Part shown: one piece after another, positions 15,803 through 26,007 of the stretch
How the letters are laid out: every line of letters begins with the position of its first letter
Position numbering within the stretch: position 1 is the stretch's first letter
IMG/VR virus record: IMGVR_UViG_3300044829_000002
Location: 12,916-76,915 of that record
Reading direction: 5' to 3' (one strand)
DNA length: 64,000 nt
Source of the DNA: a virus
Lineage: Duplodnaviria > Caudoviricetes
Notes under the pieces: model-generated
Seen by the model: only the letters and a program-made list of their open reading frames with translations
Databases searched by the model: none
What the model was told of the DNA's origin: nothing
Made by a program: the position numbers and the translations under genes

Positions 15803-18471
15803 CAGGATGCCTGGCATTCGATATAGCTGAGCGTGTGCGTGTCGAACCGCATGTAGGGCTGAGTGCCGTCCGCGTCGCAGAACGTGAAATCGGTCATGTC
15901 CTCGGTGTACTGCCGGTCAGTCAGCATCACGTAGGACCGCCCACCCTGCGCCCATTGCAGGATCAGGATGTCGCCGGACGCAACCAGCGCATCCAGCCGC
16001 GCCAGTTGCGCCTCGTTGCTTGTGATGACAATGAGTTGCCCGTCCTCGCCGCCGACCCAGTCACGGATCTTCACCGGCCCGCCGTCCCTGCCGAGCGGGT
16101 GATAAACCTGCGCGTCCTCGACGCGAGCGAACGATGCCTGCCTGCGCCGGTTCACAGCCACATGCAACATGGGGTCAACCGCTGAACGCAGCATCGTCCG
16201 CGCCGGTGCAGGCAGCAGCATCGTCACGTACTGCGACGGTGCCGACCCCATGTTGTTGGCGTTGAAAATCCAGCCGTTCGTGGCCCGGTACAGCACCGGC
16301 CGTGCTGGCGGGCAGTCGAAGTCGGCAAAGTCGGCCTGCTCGCCGTTGCCGTACCCGAGCGGCAGAGTTGATGTCGCAGCCGCCTGCGAGAACCGGACCT
16401 GGCTCCACACCAGCGGCCCGCCCATCGCCGCCTTGCCGTCCACCGGCACCGTGCCCAGGCCCCAGCCAATCCGAGTCACGTACACATCAGCGGTGGCTGA
16501 TGACCCGTCATTCGGGACAACACCGCGAGCTGCCGACACACCGGCCGGACATGTGGCTGAGATCGACACCCGTTGCGGTGTTGTGGTGAGTGTGACCTGA
16601 ACGCCTGTCGATGTCGAGTTCACAGAGCCGTTGGCGTCATTCAGCCATTCGATCTTTGGCGTGCACGTGAACGTCCCCGATTGGACCCACGCCCAGAACG
16701 AGAAAATGTGGGCCTGACCAACTACCACCGGGAAATTCCAGTCAGTCTCCGGCACCGCATTAGACGTGCCGAGTCGTAGCGGGTTGTTTGCTGCCGCACG
16801 CGGCGTCCAATGCAGCAAGCCGCCAGGCGTGTCACCCGCAGCGGAGATCGCCTTGTTCATCCACAGCCATTCGCAGCCGTCCGTGGCAGTCGTCCAGCTA
16901 AACCCGGAGGCAGCCGACCGTAATTGCGTACCCGCCGACGCCACTTGCGGATGCGCCCAGTTATCAGCCGGACCCCTCGCGGTGGCAACACGCTCGCCGC
17001 GTTCCAGCACGAACGCTGTCGGGTCAGCAGTCAGCCCACCAAAAGTCCACACGGTGGACGAGCCCGCGTGGATGCTGACCTTGTCGATGCGGTGTATTTC
17101 CGCCGCGCCGCCCGTGGCGATCACCTTCGCAACCGGTATGGCCTGCACCGCGTTGCCCGGTGCGACAAGCGTGGCTGACGCCTGCGTGTAGACACCGGCC
17201 GATGCGCTGTCCGTGATGTTGGAACCGAATACGGTCGAGATCGTGCCGCCTGATGAGTTGATCCAGCGGATGCCGATCGCGCACGAGCGTGCCGACACTG
17301 CCGCATGGAAGGAGCACAGCGCGGTGTACGTGTCGCCGCCGCTCACTCTCGGCATGCCGAAAGTCGCGTCCACCGCACCCTTGGCCTGCATATCGCCCGA
17401 TGCCGACGAGGACATCTGCAACGACTTGGTGCCGTCAGCCGCATCCGTCGAAGACGACGTCGGCGCGCCCATATTCACGTCAGCCGTCCACCCGCCGATA
17501 CCGCCCTCGAACGAGGAATTGTCATACGTCAACTGGTTGACCGGAGAAAACACGTTCACCAGTGCTCGGCACTGCTGATCATCAGTCAGCGCGGCAGCCG
17601 TCACGGCCGGGGTGTACGGCGGCACCAACACATAAACAACTGTGAACGCGGACGACACTCCCCACGCCGAATACCAGTAGGCACCCTCCGGGCCATTCCA
17701 GTTCTTCCCGACCTTCACGTACGCCTTATAGGTGGTGCCGTTCTGCAAATCCGATGTCAACGCCCAACTAGCCTGCGCGCCCAGATGCGCGGCCGAATCG
17801 TAGACCGGAGTGTTCACGTCCGGGCTGAATCCTGGGATGCTGTAAACCGCTGAGCTGAACACCTTCACTTGCCACGCGGTCTGCAACTCTCCGTCAGTGT
17901 CGCTGTAAACCCATGACACAGTCGGTCGGGAGTTGTTGGAGAAGTTGGTGACCGTCGGCGCGGCGAGCGTCGGCTGGTTACGGACATCAACATCGATGTA
18001 CTGCTCGTAGTTGCGGTAGAACGCGGCCCCGCCTGCGTTGTCCGCGAAGAACTGTGTGTAGCTGTCGAGCGCGTTGACTTCCGCCTCGGTCCATGCCCGC
18101 CCGCCAGGTGCCCGGTTCGATGTCGGCCCGAAAAAGGTGACGATCGTTGTTGAGCACAGCGACAGCGACAGTTTGGCAACAGGTGACCCGCCCAACTCGC
18201 TGTACAGAGCTGTGTACCCGTTGTGGCAGTGAGTGCTCCCCGTGCCTCGCGCTGCGCGCAGCCTCAACCGACACGTCTTCACCCGCTGCGTGGCTGTGAG
18301 TCCTGGCGACATGTTCGTAAACGACATCTTGAGGTACGCGTTGATCGCGGTGCCGATGACGTAGCTGGCATCAGAGTCATCCGATGTGGCGATCACAGCA
18401 GATGCGGCGCCGACAGCGGAGATCGATGCAATGGCAAGTTGCCCGAACGGTCTTAGCGTCTGAACAGGCAT
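15802..18471 (-). CDS. large minor tail protein with FN3-like and carbohydrate-binding-like modules
   Basis: RPTVSWVYSDTDG..QTAWQVKVF (FN3-like); NSSFEGGIGGW (CBM4-like); Dit-like C-terminus; directly after the tape measure gene. Confidence 0.75.
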   Translation of the reverse strand: MPVQTLRPFGQLAIASISAVGAASAVIATSDDSDASYVIGTAINAYLKMSFTNMSPGLTATQRVKTCRLRLRAARGTGSTHCHNGYTALYSELGGSPVAKLSLSLCSTTIVTFFGPTSNRAPGGRAWTEAEVNALDSYTQFFADNAGGAAFYRNYEQYIDVDVRNQPTLAAPTVTNFSNNSRPTVSWVYSDTDGELQTAWQVKVFSSAVYSIPGFSPDVNTPVYDSAAHLGAQASWALTSDLQNGTTYKAYVKVGKNWNGPEGAYWYSAWGVSSAFTVVYVLVPPYTPAVTAAALTDDQQCRALVNVFSPVNQLTYDNSSFEGGIGGWTADVNMGAPTSSSTDAADGTKSLQMSSSASGDMQAKGAVDATFGMPRVSGGDTYTALCSFHAAVSARSCAIGIRWINSSGGTISTVFGSNITDSASAGVYTQASATLVAPGNAVQAIPVAKVIATGGAAEIHRIDKVSIHAGSSTVWTFGGLTADPTAFVLERGERVATARGPADNWAHPQVASAGTQLRSAASGFSWTTATDGCEWLWMNKAISAAGDTPGGLLHWTPRAAANNPLRLGTSNAVPETDWNFPVVVGQAHIFSFWAWVQSGTFTCTPKIEWLNDANGSVNSTSTGVQVTLTTTPQRVSISATCPAGVSAARGVVPNDGSSATADVYVTRIGWGLGTVPVDGKAAMGGPLVWSQVRFSQAAATSTLPLGYGNGEQADFADFDCPPARPVLYRATNGWIFNANNMGSAPSQYVTMLLPAPARTMLRSAVDPMLHVAVNRRRQASFARVEDAQVYHPLGRDGGPVKIRDWVGGEDGQLIVITSNEAQLARLDALVASGDILILQWAQGGRSYVMLTDRQYTEDMTDFTFCDADGTQPYMRFDTHTLSYIECQAS

Positions 18472-21400
18472 TTAACGCCTCGGTCCTTTGATCGCATTCA
18501 CGTTCTGCTTCGCGCTCACCAGTCGCGCCAGTCCGTCGGTGTCAATCTGAATACCCATACCGGCTAGCGAGCGAGAGAACGACCTGACCAGCGACTCCTC
18601 CGTGATCACACTGCCACTGCCTGCCGAGCGCGGAGTGCTGCGTATCTGCTCCGCTGGCCCCGCTGGGATGATCATTTCGCCCTTGTGAACATATGCCATT
18701 TCCGTCTTCGGGATCGACCAAGCGCCTGTCTTGTAGCCCGACACTGGCGGATCGATTGCAAAGATCGAGCCGTACCGGGACCTGATATACCGAATACCTG
18801 CGGCGATGTTGGCTATCGGGTCGTTGATGTTCAGGCTCGTGCCCGGCAAGTGATAGGCGGCAAAGGTTGAGGGAATCGTCTGCATCAGACCTTGTGACGG
18901 GTGACCGGCCGCAGCGTTCGAGTCGGTGAGGTTGATCGCGTTCGGGTTACCCCCGGACTCGTAAGAGATCCGGCGCAACAATGGAGCGAACCAAGTACCT
19001 GGAGTGCCGGTCAGTTGAAGCGCCGCCTGCACCCACTGGCCGAGCGACCCGCTCGCCTTAACGAGCATCGAAGAAATATCCGGCCCGCCGATAGACAGAG
19101 CCCCGCCTGCCTGCTTAGCCCACCGGCCGAGGAACGCGGTCGCGCCACCGGCCTTGTTGACGATGCCCTTCAAGATCCCGGACATGATGTGTTTACCGGC
19201 GTCGATAGCCCACGACGGAGGCGACTTGATGCCGAGCGCACCGAGGATTTTCTTCGGCAGCGACCCGAACCAATTCTTGATGTTGTTCCACACAGACTTG
19301 ATGCCATCCCACAAGTGATTCATGATCGCCGCGCCACGAGCTTCCAGGAACCCCATGCCGCCAGCGATCAGCCCCGCGATACCTCGGCCTAAGCGACCGA
19401 ACCACTGGCCGATGCCGCGCCACGTCGCGGTGATGCCGTTCCACAGCGCGTTGAGCAACCGCTGACCAGCGTTGGTCAGATACACCGCGCCTGCCGTGAT
19501 GAGGCTGCCGATAGCTCGACCGAGATTCCCGAACCATTGACCGACTCCGCGCCAGATTGCTGTTATGCCGTTCCATAAACCTTGGATCAAGCGCTGTCCG
19601 GCGTTGAGCAGCCATGACGCGGCGGCGGCGAAGAACCCGATGATTTTCCCGCCCATAGACGAGAGGAAGTTCAGCACAGCCTGCGAGGCGTTGATGATGG
19701 CATTTTTGATTGTGTTCCAATGGCTGATGATGAACAGCACCAGTAAAGCGATCGGCCCCATGATCACCGCAACTATCAGCCTCCAGTGATCCTTGACGAA
19801 TGACCACACAGCGGTGAATATTTTCTTCGTCCAAGCCAGGATCGTGTTCCACTTCCAGATAATTAAGGCGACCAAGGCTATGACTCCGGCGATGACCCAA
19901 GCCACCGGACCCATAGCTATCACCCATGCCAGAGCGATACGCGCCGCCTGAATCAATGACTGAGTGCCCAACACGATCCATGCGCCGACCTGTACAGCAA
20001 CCGACGCTATAGCCCCGGCGGCGGCTGTGACCCAGCCAGCGGCGATGACAGCCGCTCCAGCCACAGCTCGCGCCGCCGATGCTGCCCAACCGGCGATCAT
20101 CGCGGCGAACGCTGCCGCCTGCGAAACGACCGTGTCGCCAGCGGCGGCACGCAACATGAACCAACCGATAACCTGCCGCCCTGCCGACACGAGTGCCGCC
20201 GCGCCGGTGCTGATCCAGCCGCCGATGATCACCGCGAACGCAATAGCGGATGCAGCCGCCGCCCGGTACGCACCACCCTGCGCGATCAGCCACGCGACTG
20301 ACGAGCGGACCGCATTCACCATCGCCTCCGTGCCGTACAGCACCCAGAGAGCGATAGATTCCCCGAGACTGATAGCTGTGGTCACACCGAGGCTCACAAT
20401 CGCAGGCAAGAGAACAGCGGTGATCACTCCGGCGAAAATGGCGAACGTCGTGCGGTGAGAATCAAAGAAATTGATGATCCCAGTAAGAGCGTCGGCGTAG
20501 ATCCGTATGGCGTTGACCGTGATCAGCAGCGCTGCGCCGATGATCTGCGCAGCGACCTGAAATACCTTGCTGATCGTGGGCCAGTTGGTTTGCAGCCAAT
20601 GAAAGATCGGTATAAGGATCTTGTTCCACCATGTGCTGAGGTAGTCACCGATAGCCTGGATCGCCGGGACGACATTCGCTTTCAACCGATCGAACACGCC
20701 CTTCATTGCGTCCAGATTGCCGGGTGTCAGCAGGCTCTTGCGAACGAACGCGAACGCGTCACCAACCGCATGCCCGAACGTACCCAGAGCAGGGATCACG
20801 TCACGGAGAATGATGTCAGCCGCGTCGGACAGCACCGGTAAAAGCTTCGTGCCGACCGCGATACCGGCCGTGATCACGACCTGTTTCAGTTGGCTCATCT
20901 TCTGGTTGAAGGTGGTCTGTTTGATCTCCCAGTCCTTGACGTTGCCGCCCGCTTCCGCTTGAGCGGATGAGATTGCTTTCACACTGGACTGGAACGTTTT
21001 CATGTTCTCGCCAGTCAAGTGCAGCGCCACTTGCAGCCCGGTCTGCCCGCCGGTCATTTTCGCCAACGCCGCCACGTATGTCAGCGCCGACGGCGAACCC
21101 GATTTCAGTAGATCGGAGAACCCGTGAGCACGGCTGTAGGACACCAGCCATTGCCGCGCCAGGTTGGCCTGCTCGAACGTCATCGAGCCGATGGACTTGC
21201 GATATTCATGGATCGAAAGCGTGCCGTCAGTGAGGCCCTTGGCTAGCTTCTGGACAGGCGCGGGCAGATTCTTGAACATTTCGTTTGCTTTACCGGCAGC
21301 GATAGTTGACGTATTCATCGCGTTAGTGATCGTCAAACCAGCCGGACCCATATGGTCAGTGATCGCCTTGGTGATCATCTGTAACGTGCCGGTCAAGCCG

Positions 21401-22266
21401 CGCTGACCTAAATGCTGAGCCACGTCTGTAGATGACAGGCCGAACGCTGCCATAGCTTTCGTTTCCTGCGCCGTCGGGTTAGCCAGTGACAGGATCGCGT
21501 GGTTCAGGTTTTGTGTCGCCTGCTGTGCGCTGATGCCCTGCGCTGTCATGGTGGCAATAGCGGCTGTCGTCTGCGCAAATGAGATCCCTATAGCCGCAGC
21601 GTTGGGCAGCACTGAGTGCAGGGATGAGGCCAGGTCGTCCATCGTCATCTTGCCCCGGCCGACGGCGGCAACCAGTTGGCTCATGACCGTTGCAGGCGGG
21701 CCAGCCTTGCTACCGAGATCGACCAGCGCGGTTGTCAACGCGTTGGCTACCACTCCTGTATCGGCCATGTCCACCTTGGCACCCTGCGCCGCCGCCTTCA
21801 TGACGTCGAGCGCTTTCTGTCCGTGGAACCCGGCAGACTCGATCATGTACATGCCGCTAGCAAGTTGCGTGGTTGACGTGCCGGTGTCGCGTGCCAGTTT
21901 CAGAACGCCGTCGCTGACCATTTTCAGTGATCCGGCTTGCTCACCGGCAGCCGTTACCAGCCGTGTCATCTGCGTCTGGAATGTCCCGGCCAGCTTGACA
22001 ACCTCGACACCGACACCGGTAAAGATCGCGGCAGGGATAAGAGACTTGCCGATCAGCGCGGTTTTGAACTTCGAGACGAACCCTTCACCACCGCGTCTGC
22101 CTGACGCTGCCGCACCGGCCGCTGCGCCGGTACCTAACTGCTCGCCGCCTGCCCGTGCGGCTGGCACTGCGCCGCGAAACCCGGCTGTGACACCCGCACG
22201 TGTCGCCGCAGAGAATGCCCGGAAGTCGGGCAAAATTTCGACATACGCGCGGTCAATAATTGTCAC
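18472..22266 (-). CDS. tape measure protein with C-terminal SLT lytic transglycosylase domain
   Basis: 1264 aa, Ala/Gly-rich, TP901-like core; ISYESGGNPNAINLTDSNA..GHPSQGLMQTIPSTF...DPIANIAAGIRYI. Confidence 0.95.
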   Translation of the reverse strand: MTIIDRAYVEILPDFRAFSAATRAGVTAGFRGAVPAARAGGEQLGTGAAAGAAASGRRGGEGFVSKFKTALIGKSLIPAAIFTGVGVEVVKLAGTFQTQMTRLVTAAGEQAGSLKMVSDGVLKLARDTGTSTTQLASGMYMIESAGFHGQKALDVMKAAAQGAKVDMADTGVVANALTTALVDLGSKAGPPATVMSQLVAAVGRGKMTMDDLASSLHSVLPNAAAIGISFAQTTAAIATMTAQGISAQQATQNLNHAILSLANPTAQETKAMAAFGLSSTDVAQHLGQRGLTGTLQMITKAITDHMGPAGLTITNAMNTSTIAAGKANEMFKNLPAPVQKLAKGLTDGTLSIHEYRKSIGSMTFEQANLARQWLVSYSRAHGFSDLLKSGSPSALTYVAALAKMTGGQTGLQVALHLTGENMKTFQSSVKAISSAQAEAGGNVKDWEIKQTTFNQKMSQLKQVVITAGIAVGTKLLPVLSDAADIILRDVIPALGTFGHAVGDAFAFVRKSLLTPGNLDAMKGVFDRLKANVVPAIQAIGDYLSTWWNKILIPIFHWLQTNWPTISKVFQVAAQIIGAALLITVNAIRIYADALTGIINFFDSHRTTFAIFAGVITAVLLPAIVSLGVTTAISLGESIALWVLYGTEAMVNAVRSSVAWLIAQGGAYRAAAASAIAFAVIIGGWISTGAAALVSAGRQVIGWFMLRAAAGDTVVSQAAAFAAMIAGWAASAARAVAGAAVIAAGWVTAAAGAIASVAVQVGAWIVLGTQSLIQAARIALAWVIAMGPVAWVIAGVIALVALIIWKWNTILAWTKKIFTAVWSFVKDHWRLIVAVIMGPIALLVLFIISHWNTIKNAIINASQAVLNFLSSMGGKIIGFFAAAASWLLNAGQRLIQGLWNGITAIWRGVGQWFGNLGRAIGSLITAGAVYLTNAGQRLLNALWNGITATWRGIGQWFGRLGRGIAGLIAGGMGFLEARGAAIMNHLWDGIKSVWNNIKNWFGSLPKKILGALGIKSPPSWAIDAGKHIMSGILKGIVNKAGGATAFLGRWAKQAGGALSIGGPDISSMLVKASGSLGQWVQAALQLTGTPGTWFAPLLRRISYESGGNPNAINLTDSNAAAGHPSQGLMQTIPSTFAAYHLPGTSLNINDPIANIAAGIRYIRSRYGSIFAIDPPVSGYKTGAWSIPKTEMAYVHKGEMIIPAGPAEQIRSTPRSAGSGSVITEESLVRSFSRSLAGMGIQIDTDGLARLVSAKQNVNAIKGPRR

Positions 22267-22269
22267 GGG

Positions 22270-22671
22270 CTAACCACCCCCATTCGGCATGGACGGATCA
22301 ACGCCCACCGCTCGAAGAAAGGCTTGACTAGCGTCCTCATCGCCCAGCCACCATGCCGGAGCATCGGACGGAATCTCCGCGCTGCGCCGCTTGGCTCGGA
22401 CACCGCCGAGGGTCCACTCAGAGACGTTCAGGTCGGCATCGAGTTGCTGTCGGTTCTGCATGGCCTCCTCCTGACTCTCCGCTTCTGGCTGCCGCTGCAA
22501 GAGCTGGTAGTAGAGGTAGTTCAGGAAGCGGTCGGCACTGATTCGGCGGAGGTCAACTCCTCGACCACTGCATTCGCCGTCGAGTTCTGCCCAGATTCCT
22601 GGCTGTCGGCACCATCCAAGGAGTTGGACGGTGCTTCGGTAGGGCGCAAACCGTATTGTTCCATGATCCAC
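22270..22671 (-). CDS. tail assembly chaperone, T part (probably reached by -1 frameshift)
   Basis: -1 frame relative to 22521-22973, overlapping by 150 nt; GVDLRRISADRFLNYLY motif; precedes the tape measure gene. Confidence 0.65.
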   Translation of the reverse strand: MDHGTIRFAPYRSTVQLLGWCRQPGIWAELDGECSGRGVDLRRISADRFLNYLYYQLLQRQPEAESQEEAMQNRQQLDADLNVSEWTLGGVRAKRRSAEIPSDAPAWWLGDEDASQAFLRAVGVDPSMPNGGG

Positions 22672-22973
22672 GGCATGAGCTTCTGCACCTGGTTGAGCGA
22701 GATCGGCGCTTCCTTGCTGGTCATCCGGGCCTGGAATGTGGCTGCCGATTCGTCCACTAGCACGAGGTTGAACAGGTCCACGAACATCTGTTTCATTTCG
22801 GGGCCGAGAGTGGTCGAGTCGATGGAGTCAGCGAGGCTGGCGAAGTCAAGCAGGGTGAGCACGGGGATATCAGGGACGCAATCGAACACATCAGGATGGA
22901 TGCGGAATGCGATGCGGCGTTGCGGTTCCGTGAAGTCCATGATCTGGTCAGTGGCTTCGATGGTGGTTGTCAT
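22521..22973 (-). CDS. tail assembly chaperone, G part
   Basis: ends YGLRPTEAPSNSLDG..SGQNST, the usual actinophage chaperone tail. Confidence 0.75.
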   Translation of the reverse strand: MTTTIEATDQIMDFTEPQRRIAFRIHPDVFDCVPDIPVLTLLDFASLADSIDSTTLGPEMKQMFVDLFNLVLVDESAATFQARMTSKEAPISLNQVQKLMPWIMEQYGLRPTEAPSNSLDGADSQESGQNSTANAVVEELTSAESVPTAS

Positions 22974-23079
22974 GCCGCCAAGCATTCCGCACTCAGCGCT
23001 GTCTGTTATCGCGTTGTTATAAAGCGATTCTCGTGCGGCTGAGCCTGTCTGTACCGTCAGCCGAATGCATGAGTAGTCG

Positions 23080-23131
23080 CGTCGCACTGACTACGACACG
23101 GGAGCACGGTAGCTGTACAGCCAGACTGTAC
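23080..23131 (-). promoter_or_regulatory. CGTCG-N9-CGACA (23080-23098) plus GTACAG-N5-CTGTAC (23115-23131)
   Basis: both palindromes lie in the ~200 bp gap upstream of the tail chaperone. Confidence 0.65.
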
Positions 23132-23176
23132 GAGAGACGCTCTGAGCGATTCGGATCGATACAGAGTGAAGCTCGA

Positions 23177-23626
23177 TTACCCAAACATCGCTGGTAGCGC
23201 GTCGCGCAGAAACGGCGTACCCCTCATGCCACGCGTCGAGCGCACAAAAACAGTCTTCCGATTTTTGCGTGCGATCAGCGGACCGCCAGGAGCGCTCACG
23301 CGTGGCGTGAACACGAGCACCCGTGCATTCTTGGGATAGATGCGTGCATGGCGCGGACCGTACAAGCCTGTTCCATCGTGGACCCACATGGCGTACTTCA
23401 CATCGGTGCCGACCTCGCACACCAGGCCGCGCTCCGTGATCACCAGTGCCGCGTGAATCGAAGACCGCAGCCGCCCGTGATCAACGGGGCATTTCAACTT
23501 CGCCGCCGCCTCAACCTTGAGACCTCGCCGCAGCAAATCACGAGCCACCCCACCGCGCGGGTCACGCAGCATCCGCGCCACCGCCGCCACGTCTAGCTGA
23601 TGTCGGATGCGAGGTACCGGACTCAT
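23177..23626 (-). CDS. HK97 gp10-like tail completion/neck protein
   Basis: AKLKCPVDHGRLRSSI...VGTDVKYAMWVHDGT...GTPFLRDAL. Confidence 0.8.
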   Translation of the reverse strand: MSPVPRIRHQLDVAAVARMLRDPRGGVARDLLRRGLKVEAAAKLKCPVDHGRLRSSIHAALVITERGLVCEVGTDVKYAMWVHDGTGLYGPRHARIYPKNARVLVFTPRVSAPGGPLIARKNRKTVFVRSTRGMRGTPFLRDALPAMFG

Positions 23627-24144
23627 CGCTGCATCGCCACCGTGAAGTTGACCTGAGTGCCGACGCATGCACCTTCGGGGCCGACAGGAACCATCTGGTT
23701 CACGATGTACTCCACGATCTGATCCGCCAGCACCAGTTCGGCCAGTTTGCAGCACGTGGCCGTCAACACCAACCATGCGTCACCCATGATCTGCTGAGCC
23801 GACGTGTCCAGTGCTGTCACGCTCGGCCCTTTACCTTGTGCGTCAACCGTCGGCGCGCACCGGATCAACTGGACAGTGAACTCCGATGCGAGAAACGCGC
23901 CCTGGCAGCTCGACTGTGGCGCGGTGGACTGAGTCGGGAAATCATCGGTGTAGTAGGTGCGCGCCAATGAGACCACCAACAGGCCGCACTGCTCGCAGCC
24001 GTCCCACGCGATAGCGCCAGGCACAACCCCGGACCGTCCGTTCCTCGCATCCCACACGCCCGCTGCCGCGAGATCCGACACGATCCGGGCCAGCACTGCC
24101 GACGCCACCGTGTAGGACGCGCCAGCGCCAGTCAGAAGCGTCAT
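23623..24144 (-). CDS. tail terminator-like protein (cluster-B-like)
   Basis: IAWDGC..CGLL; VQLIRCAP; GPEGACVG; position in the neck module. Confidence 0.55.
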   Translation of the reverse strand: MTLLTGAGASYTVASAVLARIVSDLAAAGVWDARNGRSGVVPGAIAWDGCEQCGLLVVSLARTYYTDDFPTQSTAPQSSCQGAFLASEFTVQLIRCAPTVDAQGKGPSVTALDTSAQQIMGDAWLVLTATCCKLAELVLADQIVEYIVNQMVPVGPEGACVGTQVNFTVAMQR

Positions 24145-25187
24145 GACGTCGGCTTGAGTAGCTGCGCGACGGTATCGAACATGCCAGCGATGGTGTTTGT
24201 AATGGATTCCGAACTGGTCAACACCGTGAACATGTCATTGTTGTCGCTCGTCTTGGTGACGCTGTCTGTCCATTTGATGCCCGATAGAGCGATGTCACCC
24301 ATCCAATAGGTGACGCTGCCGACCGCTGCCCCGCTGTGTCCGAATCTGACCTGAGAGATAGGTGCTCGAGTGTTGATGCCGGTCGCCGACACCGAGTTAT
24401 CGACCACTTCCCTGTCTACGCCGTCAGGTGCGTTGTACTGCCGGACGTGCACGCCGCCAGCGACGGAATCGCCTACGCATTTCACTTCCAACTCGAAGAA
24501 TGCGTTCAGCGGGATCGTGCCCACGCTCGTGCTTTGCGTGGCGCTGGCACTGTCGCGCACAACGATGTGACCCGTCGTGTCGATGCCGACCGACCCGCAC
24601 ACCGCACCGGCGCTGTCGAGGAACTGGACAACGTGCACCAATGTGCCAGGGTTGGCCGTGAAATACAGATACGTTCGCAGGTACACCGGGCTGACCGCGC
24701 CGGAAGTGAAAGCCTTATCCCACTGTGCGTACGCCTGCCCCGGTGTCGCGCCGAGCAGCACCTTGTAAGCATGCTGACCCGGCCCGCCGTCGTCATTCGG
24801 CGGAATGTGAGTCGAGTCGAATGTGAGCGTGCATGTGGCTGACATGAAGGTCGCATCCCACGGGTCACCGCTGGAGCCGAACCCCGCCGCGAGCGTGGTA
24901 GGCCCCGAGTTCGCATGGGTCGCAATGTTCCCGTCCACGCCCAGCCATGCGTCGTTAAACAGTATCGGCCGAGAAATCACCGCCCACGCGAACGCGTCAA
25001 CCGCAAACCTGGGATTCTGCAAGATCGCCTCAGCTAAGGCGATGCGGCTTTCCTGTACGCCCGTACCTGTCACTGCGGGCGCACTAAAGGAAGCTAATGC
25101 CTGACTAACAGACGCGGCCTGTATTTGCTCGCGGAATTCCTCCTGGCCTACCGCCTGCTGATATTGCTCTGCAAGTGTCAGGATCAT
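24141..25187 (-). CDS. structural protein with internal concanavalin-A/LamG-like domain
   Basis: beta-rich central region (VYLRTYLYF...FFELEVK...QVRFG..YWMGDIAL) flanked by helical ends. Confidence 0.55.
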   Translation of the reverse strand: MILTLAEQYQQAVGQEEFREQIQAASVSQALASFSAPAVTGTGVQESRIALAEAILQNPRFAVDAFAWAVISRPILFNDAWLGVDGNIATHANSGPTTLAAGFGSSGDPWDATFMSATCTLTFDSTHIPPNDDGGPGQHAYKVLLGATPGQAYAQWDKAFTSGAVSPVYLRTYLYFTANPGTLVHVVQFLDSAGAVCGSVGIDTTGHIVVRDSASATQSTSVGTIPLNAFFELEVKCVGDSVAGGVHVRQYNAPDGVDREVVDNSVSATGINTRAPISQVRFGHSGAAVGSVTYWMGDIALSGIKWTDSVTKTSDNNDMFTVLTSSESITNTIAGMFDTVAQLLKPTS

Positions 25188-25996
25188 CAGGTACCCACCC
25201 GCCTAGCTAGATGTCCGTCCACCGAGTATGCCTTGGCGCGACTCGTCAACCCGTTGGGGTTGTAGGCGTGCAGGAACAGATCGCACATGCGCAGACCGAG
25301 CCTGCCTTTCTCGATGACGGCAGTCAGGTCAGGCAGTGTGATCGACACGCCTTGTCGTGCGAGGCTGGTCACGTTCGGCGGCAGTGAGCAGTCATCGCCG
25401 TGCATCGCCCGGATAAATTCGCAAGCAAGCTCCCCGATCGCACCGGCAGCGGACGCAGGCACGTCTTCTCCGTACAGCGCGGTCACGCTGAACGTGCCAG
25501 GCTGCGTGTCATCCAGCAAGAGATTCTGGCAGTACGGGAAAGGTGCACCGGACAGGCGTACCAGTTTGCGGTTGTCGTCCACTCGATAGGAGGAACCCGT
25601 GACGACTATCCCGTCCATCTTGACTTCGGTCACCGAGTTAACCGGCGCTGGCAGCATGACCTCGGACAGCGACGAGCATGAGCATGAGTCGCCGCACGAG
25701 GCGCATCCGGCACCGATGGTGCCCCAGCCGTACCAGCCGCCGCCGCCGGAGATCAGCGACCCCCAGCCGACACCAGGCATGGCGTCCCACACGTTGCCAG
25801 GGAACGACGTCGGTCGGCATGTGCGGCGACACGGCCGCAGCTTGACGGAGTTGGTGCCGAATCTCTGGCCGGACATGCTCCACAGAATCTCGGTTGCCGC
25901 CATGACGGCCCAGCCTGTGACCACGGGAGACTCGGACATCACGTCACAGGTCCACCGCACATTCCAGGGTGCGACCGGACCGAATGTTGCGCTCAT
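25187..25996 (-). CDS. head-to-tail adaptor (cluster-B-like)
   Basis: ATEILWSMSGQRFG..VKLRPC; Cys-rich; ELACEF...CSLP.NVTSLARQGVS. Confidence 0.75.
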   Translation of the reverse strand: MSATFGPVAPWNVRWTCDVMSESPVVTGWAVMAATEILWSMSGQRFGTNSVKLRPCRRTCRPTSFPGNVWDAMPGVGWGSLISGGGGWYGWGTIGAGCASCGDSCSCSSLSEVMLPAPVNSVTEVKMDGIVVTGSSYRVDDNRKLVRLSGAPFPYCQNLLLDDTQPGTFSVTALYGEDVPASAAGAIGELACEFIRAMHGDDCSLPPNVTSLARQGVSITLPDLTAVIEKGRLGLRMCDLFLHAYNPNGLTSRAKAYSVDGHLARRVGT

Positions 25997-26007
25997 GATT
26001 CAGCTCC

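Noticed and set aside
18190-18215. ctgtacagagctgtgtac inside the large tail gene resembling the GTACAG box
   Set aside because: Spacing and right half do not match, it is intragenic, and there is no paired TGTCG operator.
19193-20293. 366-aa alternative-frame ORF inside the tape measure gene
   Set aside because: Arg-rich, no motifs; typical off-frame product of GC-rich coding DNA.
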